From: Squalus acanthias | Taxonomy: Eukaryota | Assembly: GCA_030390025.1 (NCBI GenBank) | Contig: CM059431.1 | Span: 129,396,001 to 129,460,000 of the forward strand | Length of the DNA stretch: 64,000 nt | Reading direction: 5' to 3' | In this document: piece by piece, positions 22,185 to 34,739 of the stretch | How positions within the stretch are numbered: position 1 is the stretch's first letter | How the letters are laid out: each line of letters opens with the position of its first letter | Notes under the pieces: model-generated | What the model saw: only the letters and a program-made list of their open reading frames with translations | Told to the model about the DNA's origin: nothing | The model's database searches: none | Translations under genes and position numbers: made by a program

Positions 22185-23995
22185 ATTCTCTTTGCAAGCA
22201 AAGTAATGAGGGACAGCAACTAAAGTAGCAGCAAAGTTAGGATCAATAGGCAAAACTACCTCACAAAGCGTTGAGTCAATGTAGAAGTCTCTCTCTCTCT
22301 CTCTCCGAATCTCTCTCTCTCTCTCAGAACGAGTGGTGCATAAATGTCGACCACAGAAAAAGACAGGAAGAGGCCCCCTTTAAATAGCGCCCCCCCCCAG
22401 CCCCACAGCGATTGATAGCGTTCCAGTCTTCCGGTCGTTGGAAGCGCCAGGCGGTAAGGCAGGGGGCGCCACTCAATTTCCGCTCCGGGGCTCCACAAGG
22501 GCGTTGCACCATGGAATGACGTCACAATCTGCGCGCGCAGGTGGTAGCAGCGGTAAGTTTTAGCGCCGCCGCACAATCTCAAGTTAAGTTCTCGAGCGGC
22601 GCAAACATCGCTGCGCCCGGGCATTAGCGGCTTTGCGCCCCATTAGCGCCCTCTTAAGGCGCTAACGGGAGGCGCAACCAACTGAATTTTTACCCCATTA
22701 TCTCTTAACCTTATTTAAAACCACCCTCCCTTAACAATACCTACACTACGTCTGGATTTGTAGGATCGGAAAGCATGCTCACCACTTGTGTTACTTCGGA
22801 GATTTTAAAATGAGGCACTCAGCTCGTTTCGCTGCAGCGCCTGACTGTCACGTGTTTGGAAGGGTCTCTGCACCCCACTTGTTTACTTTCGCTGCTGCGA
22901 AAAGCAGGCCAGGCTCCCTGTTGTCATGAAGAACTCAACGGAACTCGGACACAGTTCAAAGAAGAGTCTTCCTGTGTTCGACACAGGTTGCAGTCGGTAG
23001 AACTCAAAGAAGAGTCCTGTATTTATATTTTCGGGCGCGGTCGGGGTTTACTCACCGTGGCGGCACGTGGATTTTCTTCTCGTCTTCTTCTCGTCTCGTC
23101 TCGTCGGGCCTCCGGGTCCAGACACCGTTTACCGACACTCGGGATGGTGCACCCTGTTACTTGCCCTTGTCGGGGCGGCTCGTACTGATTGAGCTCCACC
23201 CAACACTCCAATTACCGACCAGTACGGCTAAGAGTCAAGAGTCAACAAAGTCCAGAGAAACACAAAAGTCCAGCCCCAAGGAAGAGCTTCAGCAAGGGTC
23301 CGCAGAGAGATAAGAGTTCAGCAAGCGATCGAGCGAGTCAAGAGACCGATGGACATTTGTTCTCTATAGTTATAGTGCTGTGTCCACTTATCTCCTGCTC
23401 AAATCTTAATGTTTGTCCTTTGTGTAATATTTGGCGCTCAAAACTCCCAGCATGGGGCGATTATCTTCTTTAACGGGTTTCGGTAGCACCTGAAACTGGC
23501 CAACTATCCGTTAATGTTTTCCCCGTTGTTGACCCAGCCAGGATGTGTATGAATCGTCTCCTCGACTGGTTTGGGGGCCCCCCGAATACTGACTTAATCA
23601 CCCGTCAATGTCTCTCTCATTGTAGAGCCGGGGGGGCATTTGTGTATTGATGTGTCTGGATGGGCCTTCGATTGCCCAGTACAATGGTCCTTACTGTGCA
23701 TAGGAAAACGATTCCAGCACTTATATCTTTGCTATTGTTCCAAATGCAAATGGGTTGCATCCTGTCTTTATCAGTGTTTACCGAGTATGATCCAATCTTA
23801 TACTGAATGTATATTCAACGCCATTTTGTCTGCCCACTGTGTTTCTGGAAGCTTCTGCCACGATGCACGGTGGCCATTTTACAGGCTTCTGTGTCCTTTA
23901 TTATCAGGACAGCATTTCATTTAATAAAACTGATCAAACGAATCTGCTTCTCTTGTGTTATTTTGAATCGCGATAATTGCGAAACTTTACATATG

Positions 23996-24803
23996 TCATG
24001 TGAGGTTATTCACTCTGGTAGGAAGAATAGAATAGAAAAACAGAATATTTTTTAAATGGTGAGAAACTATTAAATGTTGGTGTTCAGAGAGATTTAGGTG
24101 TCCTCGTACAGGAAACAAAGAAAGTTAGCATACAGGTACAGCAAGCTATTAGGAAGGCAAATGGGATGTTGGCCTTTATTGCAAGGGTATTGGAGTACAA
24201 GAGTAAGGAAGTCTTACTACAATTACACAGGGCTTTGGTGAGACTACACCTGGAGTACTGTGCACAGTTTTGGTCTCCTTATCTGAGGAAGGATATACTT
24301 GCCTTAGAGGCGTGCAACGGAGGTTCACTAGATTGATTCCTGGGATGAGAGGGTTGGTCCTATGAGGAGAGATTGAGTAGATTGGGCCTATACTCTCTGG
24401 AGTTTAGAAGAATGAGAGGTGATCTCGCTGAAAGATATAAAATTCTGTGGGGGATTGACAGGGTAGATGCTGAGAGGTTGTTTCCCCTGGCTGGAGAGTC
24501 TAGAACTTGGGGGCATAGTCTCAGGATAAGGGGTCGGCCATTTAAGACTGAGATGAGGAGAAATTTCTTCACTCAGGGGGTTGTGAATCTTTAGAATTCT
24601 CTACCCGAAAGGGCTGTGGATGCTGAGTCGTTGAGTATATTCAAGACTGAGATTGATAGATTTTTGGACTCTCGGGGGATCACGGGTTATGGGGATCGGG
24701 CGGGAAAGTGGAGTAGAGGCCAAAGATCAGCCATGATCTTATTGAATGGCAGAGCAGGCTCGAAGGGCCATATAGCCTACTCCTGCTTCTAATTCATATG
24801 TTC
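23996..24803 (+). mobile_element. CR1 LINE 3' fragment
   Basis: CEVIHSGRKN through LGLYSLEFRRMRGDL to the 3' stem-loop tail. Confidence 0.95.
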
Positions 24804-27116
24804 TGCCATTTTTGGCTGCATTTGCCAGTTCTTCCTGTAATGAGCATTCTTGAAAAGTGACAGGATAAGTTTCAGGAGACATGCAGTGAAGTTGAGCTGA
24901 CAGTCGAGTGACTGAGTCAAGCACTGCTCATTCTTTAACTGCTGATCCCCCAGCCTACAGTCTTCAGCCAGAACTGTCTTTATAAAGGCTGCACACTAAT
25001 TTCCATGCACTCCAGCAAATTACAACTGTTTTACATGGGACTTATGTCAATAACTCCTCCAGTGGATATGTAAATAAGCTGACCAAGCTAACTGATGTAA
25101 ATACCCCTCCAGACCACCAGTGGGCACAACTCTTCTTTTGTTTGCGGAAAAGCGATGCAACTCAGCACATGGAAATTCTAGGCCGTAGTCTTTAGCACAC
25201 ATGAAACTGTTCTATAAGCATAAAATGTACAACTGCCATCTTTTCTCAGATGCCAGCCAAAACGTAGCAAGAAATCAAAAAGGAACTCACGGCAGATTAT
25301 ATAGAATGCAGTGTAGAGGGCCAGTTTCTCTTTAAAAAAAATTTTAAGGGACTAGCCACATTGAAATGGTGATAATCCTACTGATTACCACCTAGTGCCC
25401 ACCCTCAGCCGATGAATCAGTACTCCTCCATATCAAACACCAGTTGGAAGAAGCACTGAGGATAGAAAGGGCATAGAATGTACTCTGGGTGGGGGACTTC
25501 AATGTCCATCACCAAGAATGGCTCGGTAGCACCACTACTGACCGAGCTGGCCGAGTCCTGAAGGACATAACTACCAGTCTGAGCCTGCGACAGGTGGTGA
25601 GAGAACCAACACGAGGGAAAAACCTACTTGACCTCATTCTCGTCCTCTACCTATCGCAGATGCATTTGTCCATGGTAGCAGTGACCACCGCACAGTCCTT
25701 GTGGAGAGAAAGTCCCGTCTTCAAACTGAGGACACCCTCTATCATGTTGTGTGGCACTAAATGGGATAGATTCAGAACAGATCTAGAAGCTCAAAACTGG
25801 GCATCCATGAGGCGCTGGGGGCCATCATCATCAGCAGCAGCAGAATTGTATCCCACCATAATCTGTAACCCCATGGCCCGGCATATCCTTCAATCTACCA
25901 TTGCCAGCAAGCCAGGGGACCAATCCTGGTTCAATGAGGAGTGCAGAAGAGCATGCCAGGAGCAGCACCAGGCGTACCTAAAAATGAGGTGCCAACCTGG
26001 GGAAGCTGCAACACAGGACTACATACATGCTAAACAGAGGAAGCAGCATACTATAGACAGAGCTAAGCAATCCCACAGCCCATGGATCAGATCAAAGCTC
26101 TGCAGGCCTGCCACATCCAGTCGTGAATGGTCGTGGACAATTAAACAACTAACGGGAGGAGGAGGCTCCATGAATATTCTCATCCTCAATGAAGACGGAG
26201 CCCAGCACGCGAGTGCAAAAGACAAAGCTGAAGCATTTGCAACCATCTTCAACCAGATGTGCCAAGTGGATGATCCATCTCGGCCTCCTCCTGAGGTCCC
26301 CACCATCACAGAAGCCAGTCTTCAGCCAATTCAATTCACTCCAGAAGATATCAAGAAACGGCTGAGCGCATTGGATACAGCAAAGTCTATGGGCCCCGAC
26401 AACATCCGGCTGTCATGCTGAAGACTTGTGCTCCAGAACTAGCCGCGCCTCTAGCCAAACTGTTCCAGTACAGCTACAACACTGGCATCTACCCGACCAT
26501 GTGGAAAACTGCCCAGCTATGTCCTGTCCACAAAAAGCAGGACAAATCCAATTCGGCCAGTTACCACCAATCAGTCTACTCTCAATCACCAGCAAAGTGA
26601 TGGAAGGTGTCATCGACAGTGCTATTATGCAGCACTTAATCACCAATAACCTGCTCACCAATGCTCAGTTTGGGTTCCACCAAGATCACTCTGCTTCAGA
26701 TCTCATTACAGCCTTGGCCCAAACATGAACAAAAGAGCTGATTTCCAAAGATGAGGTGAGAGTGATTGCCCTTGACATCAAGGCAGCTTTTGACCAAGTT
26801 TGGCATCAAGGAGCTCTAGTAAAATTGAAGTAAATGGGAGTCATGGCTGGAGTCATACATAGCACAAAGGGATAGATTCAGAACAGATCTAGAAGCTCAA
26901 AACTGGGCATCCACCACCAAACACATCTTCCCCTCACCTCCCCTTTCAGCATTCCGCAGGGACCGCTCCCTCCGCGACACCCTAGTCCACTCCTCTACCA
27001 CCCCCAGCACCCCTTCCCCTTCGCCCGGCACCTTCCCGTGCACGCGCAGGAGATGCAACACATGCCCTTATACCTCCCCTCTTCCCACTGTCCAGGGCCC
27101 CAAACACCCCTTCCAG

Positions 27117-27446
27117 GTGAAACAGCGATTTACTTGTACTTCCTGCAATTTAGTATACTGTATTCGCTGCTCACGATGTGGACTCCTCTACATTGGGGAG
27201 ACCAAACGCAGATTGGGTGACCGCTTTGCGGAACACCTCCGTTCAGTCCGTAAGGGGGACCCCGAGCTCCCGGTGGCCTGTCACTTTAATTCACCGCTTC
27301 ACTCCCACTCTGACCTCACCGTCCTCGGCCTAATACACTGTTCCACGGAAGCTCAGCGTAAGCTCGAGGAACAGCACCTCATCTTTCGTTTAGGCACGCT
27401 ACAGCCCTCTGGACTCAATATCGAGTTCAACAATTTTAGATCATAA
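27117..27446 (+). CDS. Penelope GIY-YIG endonuclease domain (5'-truncated ORF end)
   Basis: NLVYCIRCSRCGLLYIGETKRRLGDRFAEH...HFN...EEQHLIFRLGTLQPSGLN: VY/YIG motifs with CxxC, catalytic R and E, and terminal GLN. Confidence 0.92.
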   Translation: MKQRFTCTSCNLVYCIRCSRCGLLYIGETKRRLGDRFAEHLRSVRKGDPELPVACHFNSPLHSHSDLTVLGLIHCSTEAQRKLEEQHLIFRLGTLQPSGLNIEFNNFRS

Positions 27447-27722
27447 CCTCAGCTCCAATCACATTTATATTTTATTTTATCCACCCTTTTATTTGTCCCC
27501 CCCACCTTTTTTTTCCTCCTAGAAGCTGGCAGCTGTCCTTCATTCTGCCAGTAGATTTCACACTTCATTCAGCCTTAATCTGTCACATTAACACCACCTC
27601 TAGCCTTGCATATCTCTTAATGTCTCTTAATGTCTCTTCATCTCCTCCTTTGTTCCTTTATCCCCTCCCCCTTTTCCCAGCTTTACCCTGGCCTTAAATC
27701 TATTTGATTTCCAGCTCTTCCC

Positions 27723-27759
27723 AGTTCTGATGAAAGGTCATCGACCTGAAACGTCAACT
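27723..27759 (+). ncRNA. Minimal type I hammerhead ribozyme
   Basis: AGTT-CTGATGA-A-AGGTC-ATC-GACCT-GAAA-CG-TC-AACT: complete core, stems I and II, and a GUC cleavage triplet. Confidence 0.88.
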
Positions 27760-28894
27760 CTCTTTCTCTCTCCACGGATGCTGCCTGGCCTGCTGAGTTT
27801 TTCCAGCGTTTTCTGTTGTTATTTCGGATTTCCAGCATCTGCAGTATTTTGCTATCGTAATAGCACAAAGGAAGATGGTTGTGGTTGTTGGAGGCTGTTC
27901 ATCTCAGCCCAGGACACCACTGCAGGAGTTCCTCAGGGCAGTGTCCTAGGCCCAGCCATCTCCAGCTGCTTCATCAACGACTTTCCCTCCATCATAAGGT
28001 CAGAAGTGGGGATGTTCGCTGATGATTGCACAGTGTTCAGTTCCATTCACAACTCCTCAGATAATGAAGCAGTCCATGCCCACATACAGCAGGGACCTGG
28101 ACGACATTCAGGCTTGGGCTGATCAGTGGCAAGTAACATTCGCGCCACACAAGTGCCAGGCAATGACTATCTCCAACAAGTGAGAGGCTAACCACCACCC
28201 CTTGACACACAACCATCACCAAATCTCCCACCATCAACATCCTGGGGGTCACTGTGACTGGTCCAGTTACGTTGCTGGTCAGCTGTACTGAGGCTGGGTA
28301 TTCTGCAGCGAGTGTCTCACCTCCTGACTCCCCAAAGCCTTTCCACCATCCAAAAGGCACAAGTTAAGGAGTGTGATGGAATTCTCTCCACTTACCTGGA
28401 TGAGTGCGGCTCCAACAACATTCAAGAAGCTTGACACCATCCAGGAGTAAGCAGCCCGCTTGATTGGCACCCCTTCCACCACCTTAAAGTTTCACTCCCT
28501 CCACCACCGGCGCACTGTGGCTGCAGTGTGTACCATCTACAAGGTGCACTGCAGCAACTTGTCAAGTCTTCTTCAACAGCACCTACCAACCCGCGACCTC
28601 TACCACCTAGAAGGACAAGGGCAGCAGGCGCATGGGAACACCACCACCTCCAAGTTCCCCTCCAAGTTACACATCATCCTGACTTGGAAATATATCGCCG
28701 ATCCTTCATCGTCACTGGGTCAAAATTCTGGAACTCCCTCCCTAACAGCACTGAGGGAGTATCTTCACCACACGGGCTGCAGCAGTTCAAGAAGGCGGCT
28801 CACCACCACCTTCTCAAGGGCAATTAGGGATGGGCAATAAATGTTGGCCTTGCCAGCAACGCCCACATCCCATGAACGAATTTTTTTTAAAAAG

Positions 28895-29735
28895 CATTCC
28901 ATCCCCGCATAGAGCAAGACCTGGACGACTTTCAGGCTTGGACTCATAAATGGCAAGTAACATTCACACCACACAAGTGCCAGATAATGACCATCTCCAA
29001 CAAGCGAGAGTCTAACCACATCCCCTTGACATTCAACGGTATTACCATTGCTGAATCTCCCACCATCAACATCCTGTGGGTCACCATTGACCAGAAAGTT
29101 AACTGGACCAGCCACATAAATACTGTGGCAACAAGAGCAGGTCAGAGGCTGGGTATTCTGCGGCGAGTGTCTCACCTCCTGACTCCCCAAAGCTTTTCCA
29201 CCATCTACAAGGCACTAGTCAGGAGTGTTTTGGAATTCTCTCCACTTGCCTGGATGAGTGCAGCTCCAACAACACTCAAGAAGCTCGACACCATCCAGGA
29301 CTAAGCAGCCCCTTGATTGGCACCCCATCCACCACCTTAAACATTCACTCCCTCCGTACCGTGGCTGCAGTGTGTACCATCTACCAGATGCATTGCAGCA
29401 ACTCGCCAAGGCTTCTTCGACAGCACCTCCCAAACCCGCGACCTCTACCACCTAGAAGGACAAGGGCAGCAGGCACATGGGAGCACCACCACCTCCAAGT
29501 TCCCCTCCAAGTCACACACCATCCTGACTTGGAAATATATCACCCTTCCTTCATCGCCGCTGGGTCAAAATCCTGGAATTCCCTCCCTAACGGCACTGTG
29601 GGAGTACCTTCACCACAAGGACTGCAGCGGTTCCAGAAGGCGGCTCACCACCCCCTTCTCAATGGCAATTAGGGATGGGCAATAAATGCTGACCTTGCCA
29701 GTGACGCCCACATCTCAGGAACGAATAAAAAAAAT
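28895..29735 (+). mobile_element. Second 3' fragment of the same LINE family, tandem to the first
   Basis: Repeats the 28080-28890 sequence with divergence; ends acgaataaaaaaaa. Confidence 0.9.
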
Positions 29736-31024
29736 TCAAACTAACAGAACTGAGCCAAATTCAAGTATTCTATATATTACTTGACATGTTCCAGTTTTGT
29801 TTTACTTAGTTTAGAACTTGAGTACGCCTGTCATCCATAGTATGTAGTTGCTTTCAGGTCAGCTTTGCAATCTTCTGTGGAGATTGAAGTGCCTTCTTTC
29901 AATTAGAGAGTCTTTCAATCATTCTTTGAATGAATGTTGAGAATACAGTAATTTCACACTGAGCAGGCTGTTTAACTGGTCTTGAACTTTCTACATCATC
30001 CATTTCATCAAGCTGCCAGTCAGTGACATTCAGTCAGCTAGCTCCTGATACAGTGACATTTTAATGGTAAAGAAGGATTCACTATAAAAGGAGTTGGGAT
30101 GTGCTCAGATAAACATTGTGATAAATAGGACTACATAAACACAGTCTATACAGTACCTGACTCATTTTCCTTGTTTATGCGATAGACCTGAAATTGAAAA
30201 CCACTTAATGTCATACTGAAGGACAGACAATAGCCCACAAATCTGACTACATAGTCCGATATTACCAAGTTAAAGTCGTGACAAAAATTTGAACTTAGCC
30301 CTATTTTCACCAAGGTAAAGGTTTCCTCCCCAGTGAGTTAAGGAGAGGCATCTGATCCCTGGACATCGAGAGAATGCAGGAAGGAGTATTGGGTTCCTGG
30401 TAAGACGATACTTAATACTTTTGTTTGTTTATTTATTTGTTTTATAACAAACTTATTTGTACTTCATGTTACAAGAATTATCAAAACTGTAGTTTAGTAT
30501 TTCCTACTTTGCTCCCACTGTCTTGGGTGATGCATCATTTTTGTTTGGAAGTCCATTCAAGGGAGAGAGGCAACTGTGTTCTGTGCTGATTCAGAAAGAA
30601 CATAAGCTGCGAATTTCCTCAGAGCTGCTCCTGCTCTGCTGCTGTATCTTCACCGGAGGTGCCAGCGGAAACCACATTCCGGCAAAGTTAGTGGGTCATT
30701 CGGCCCAATCAGCCTGCCCCTTTCTCAGAGATCAACCCCACCTACCCATCATCTTATCACATTCCCCAAATCCTTCTCTCCAGAAATACATCCAATTATC
30801 TCTGCTTCAAAGGCATTTCCTGGTAACATTCCACATCTCTGAAAAGTTGCACCTGACTTCTCTTCTTATTCCTAACGTCCTCATTTTAACTTGAGCAAAC
30901 CCTCTGAACCATCTAGGCAGCAAGCCTTTGCTTTAGAATGTCTGTTGTGTTTTCCATTGTGACTTTGGTGAAAGCATGAGCTTCCCTGTATCTCCATTCC
31001 ACTTCAGTAGATAAAACCCACAGG

Positions 31025-31222
31025 GGTCTCAACGGCCACAATAACAGTAAGTAGCCAAGGTCACTTTGCATCCATGCCCTTCCTCAAACAAGGGAGGAAT
31101 CCTGGATTTCCATAGGATGACGACATTGTGCGAACTGCCATAAGACCTGGCACCTGCCTGCATTATCTCATGCTGGTGATCGCACACTATCAGGACATTA
31201 ATGGAATAAAACCCCTTCATGT
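31025..31222 (-). pseudogene. Harbinger transposase fragment
   Basis: KGFYSINVLIVCDHQHEIMQAGARSYGSSHNVVIL parallels [16 protein letters not shown]...YPGSCHDAFIL. Confidence 0.8.
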
Positions 31223-31249
31223 AAGAGGCACTGCCCTCTGTTGGCGGAA

Positions 31250-33453
31250 GCAGTGAATTGACACCTCTTACTAGATTCTACTCTATTAAATATTAATATT
31301 TAAATTTTAAAGCCAGGAAACTGGGAGGTTTAGCGCCAGCCGTTAAGGCCGGTTTTGCTGAAAAAATGGCGGCCACCTTGCTTCTGTCCGCTTCCAGCGC
31401 AGAACGGGACGGCTGCCATTTTGAGCAGGTCGGCAGCGCTGCCGTTGCCTGCGCTCGCCGCTCACATTTAAATGATGCAGATGGTGACGTCAATTGGTGC
31501 AACGCTTGAATTGACACACAATCTGTGATTTTGGACGTTGCCGCTCTTGATACTGCCCTCTCCAAACCATGCACGGATGAACGTGCAAGCAGCAGTACAA
31601 CAGAGACGCTGCCAGCGCTTCTTAAAGGGACTCACACATCTTTCAGGTAAGTTTAGATTTTTGTTTTGGGACTTTTTTTTACATTTTATTGGAGTAGTGG
31701 CTTGGTGCAATACATTTAAAAAGTTGTTAAAGTTGTGCGAGGAGTGCTGTTGAACGTTTACAAGGCTTTGGATGTTAAATGAAGGCCTCTGAGAACAATA
31801 TTTGCTCCCAGTCCTGGGGGCTCTAGTTACAGCCCCCCTTGGGCTGCAGCTTGACATGGAGATACAGCAGAGGCAACAAAAGGGACAAGCTACCCGCAGA
31901 GGGAGGAGGAGAAAGAGAAAGAAGCAGAAGAGGAGGAAGCGGAAGGAAGGAGGCAATCAAGACAGCCCCTTTCTGGCCGGGATATCCGGAATCAAATCAT
32001 CCGCCTGCGATACCAGTGAACACAACCCCAATTCCCCTTTCAACATTAGTCCCACATCTTACTTTTCCTCTGTTACTGACCATCACAGCGTCCTCTTGGC
32101 CACAGTGCCAAAATAAAAGCCACCACAAAGCAAACTTTTCAATCCAACATTATCCATATATGCATCTAATATGGCATCAAGAAATCAACTCATCACCCTT
32201 GTGCATTCCCTTAGTGACTGCCCTGCGTCTGCATTTGCCTATCCTAGTGATGTTACACAGTGCTACCCCAGTGGCAGCAGCATGGCTGGTAGAAGGCTGC
32301 TGACTTTCAGGGGGGGACACTGCAGATGGACTTGCAGGAAGACCTCGAGAAGCTTGTGGCTGGGAGTGTGAAATCGAGTGATGGTGTTTCTTCTTCTTCT
32401 TCACGCTCCTCTCCCTTTTCTTGGTCACCCACTGGCTGGGCAGGATAGATTTCTTGGGTGTCTGAAATGAGGAAGGCACAAGGGTAGGGTTGTGGTGAGA
32501 GGAGAAGGGTAAAGCAAGAGGTGCATGCTTACACCATGTGCAGCTTGTAAATTAGAAGAGATTGTGGAATGAGGGGGAAGTGGGATGTGAGAAGTAGGAT
32601 AATGTATGAGGATACCAGCATCTTGTATTGTTTCAGCCCCGCCCATGACCAAGGGCTGAGCCATACCCCTGCTAAGAACCGTCTCCTCCAAGGGGATGAG
32701 GTGAAGCTAGGAATGTGAGGTGTGCCTCATGTTTGGTAGAGATTGTGGGTAGCTGAGTGATGGGGGGTCATGCATTGAGAAGTGTGTGAAGCTAGTGTTG
32801 CAGCTGGTAGCAGACGGCTTTTGAAGATGCATTCACTGACCTTGACCGCGCGCCTGAGGTCATGAAAACTCTTTGGGCCACTGGAGCCAGGTCCTGGGGA
32901 ATCACTGCTGGCAGTGACTGCCTCAGCGATCTGGTCCCACATCCTTCTTTCTGGAGGGCCTCCTGGCCCGCTGTGGGTTGAGGACCTCTCTTCCAGTGTT
33001 GACCCCCCCTGCACAAAGCTGGAGTGCTGTGTCTGAGACTCTGGGTGCCCCTTCCTTCGCCTGTTGAGCCATTTGTGTTAGTGCTGCAGCACTTTTAACA
33101 TTTTTTATGTGCAGAAGGCAGTTCAGCTTTAAGAGCTGCAGACAGCCTAGTGCTGAAAGATTTTTAATTTTTTTTTGCAGAAGGCAGTTCACCTTTTAGA
33201 ACTAGAGACTGCATTGAAAAGGAGCAGGCTAGCTTTAAGTAAAGCCAGCCTCGTTCCAGTGACGCAAACTTGCGCCCCCTGCTGAGTGCACAGCCTGTCA
33301 GCAGTGCATTAGTCACTAGGTTGTGCTCTCCTATCATGTTAATTAGCAGGCAGAACCAAATTGATGTGCTACCTGCGCTTTCTGAACGGGCACGGGCATA
33401 ACTCACATCACGGTGCCCTCGCCCATTTTCGGGTCTTATCGAATTTCACCCCC
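31250..33453 (-). mobile_element. Internally deleted Harbinger with Myb remnants and no transposase core
   Basis: SANT-like MWDQIAEAV...KSFHDLRRAVKV (32830-33060, minus); transposase-like N-terminus at 31802-31950; end gaatttcaccccc at 33453. Left boundary is uncertain. Confidence 0.6.
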
Positions 33454-33971
33454 AAAAACTCTTACACCAGCTTAGCAACACTAGATATAGTAATATGCTG
33501 GTGTTATCAGTGTTGATAATTGCAATGACAGCAATGACAGAAAGCATAACATATGAAATTAATCTGTTATTACCACCTTCTCTGAAATCACCTATCCATG
33601 TTTGGGTGGGAGTATTAAATGTGCACAATCACTTCTGGTGTAAAATCCCAGAAGTGGATTTCCCATTAGCGCTTGCCCCAGTGTCACCCAAACATTGGTG
33701 GCAACAATGAAGAAATCCAAGCCTATTCCTAGGCTCCCTTGCTCCATCAACCTACAGGCATCCATGACTCTTAGGATGCCTTCTGCCACTTTTCATAGTT
33801 TTAGGTTCTCTGGAAATTGTTTCCTTTTGACCACAGACATACAGTGCCTCGACATCTTGCTCACACAACACGATGAACAGCAGCCCAACCATTCTCCATC
33901 CACCACCACCCTCCTCTGCTTTACTGAACTTATTCTCATCCTATACAATGTCTCTTTTAACTCTCTTTTGA

Positions 33972-34327
33972 GGTGTTCAAAATTTTGAGGGGTTTTGATA
34001 GAGTACATAGGGAAAAACTGTTTCCACTGGCAGGGGAGTCAGTAACCAGAAGACACAGATTTAAGGCAACAGAACCAGAGGAGGGACGAGAAGATTTTTT
34101 TTTATATACAGCGAGTTCTTATGATCTGGAATACATTGCCTGCAAGGGTGGTGGAAGCTGATTCAACATTAACTATCAAAAGGGAATTGGATAAATACTT
34201 GAAAAGGAAAAATTTGCAGGGCTATGGGGAACAAGCAGGGGAATTATACTAATTGGATAGCTTTTTCAAAAAGCCTGCAAAGGCACAATGGGTCAGATGT
34301 AGTCCTTCTGTGCTGTAAGATTCTATG
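33972..34327 (+). mobile_element. CR1 LINE 3' fragment
   Basis: FKILRGFDRVHREKLFPLAGES and a ttctatg tail. Confidence 0.88.
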
Positions 34328-34739
34328 GGGGAAAGATACGTGTTCACCAGCAAAGTTGCCAGTGGCAAGGCAACTGCAGTTAACGGCCACTGGAAATGGC
34401 CACAACACTAACCGAGTGAAATTGGTCTGGGGGGCATGGAGATAGGTGGTGCAGCACTCACCTTCCGTGCACCGCCATCCTGGTGGCGTTGCTGGAGGGA
34501 TCCGGGATGAAGATCCTGTCCAGGTCCAGCATTGCAGCTTCCCACAGCCTCTGTGGGCGAAGCTGTGGAGCTTGCAAGGAATTGTGGGTAATGAAGAGGT
34601 CTGAGATTTAAAAGGGCCATGCACACTGAAGCAATACAAAATAAAATGAAGTGACTCAATACATTTTTCAGCCCTTTCTGTCTTTTAAGAAATATTCAAT
34701 AGTTAAAAGAAGTTCCAAATGTGAATATTTAGCTGTTAA

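Larger units (their letters stand above)
18389..22696 (+). mobile_element. Full-length two-gene PIF/Harbinger DNA transposon (4308 bp)
   Basis: TIRs ggggtagaaattaggt / aactgaatttttacccc; ATT TSD (18386-18388, 22697-22699); convergent Myb/SANT and DDE transposase genes. Confidence 0.96.
18034..23991 (-). mobile_element. Solo LTR (about 1647 bp native) interrupted by a full-length Harbinger
   Basis: Ends TGTAA...TTACA; exact TATG TSD (18030-18033, 23992-23995). Minus-strand AATAAA at 18252-18257 and a TATA candidate near 23021-23028. Confidence 0.78.
26871..27859 (+). mobile_element. Penelope-like element 3' fragment
   Basis: 12-bp TSD atagcacaaagg (26859-26870, 27860-27871); GIY-YIG ORF and hammerhead-containing end. 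Confidence 0.92.
25372..28890 (+). mobile_element. Decayed APE-RT LINE of the CR1/L2 group (a family distinct from the other CR1 copies), interrupted by Penelope
   Basis: GDFNVHHQEW, EPTRGKNLLDL, GPDNI, GVPQGSVLGP and FADD in shifting frames; 3' end gggcaataaatg...cccacatcccatgaacgaa. Confidence 0.88.

Noticed and set aside
21045..22253. Domesticated host HARBI1 or NAIF1/MSANTD gene
   Set aside because: Flanked by TIRs and a TSD, with multiple decayed paralogues in the same window.
30333..30405. Possible host exon (ccccag...ctg|gtaag)
   Set aside because: Stops in all three frames; no supporting neighbouring exons.
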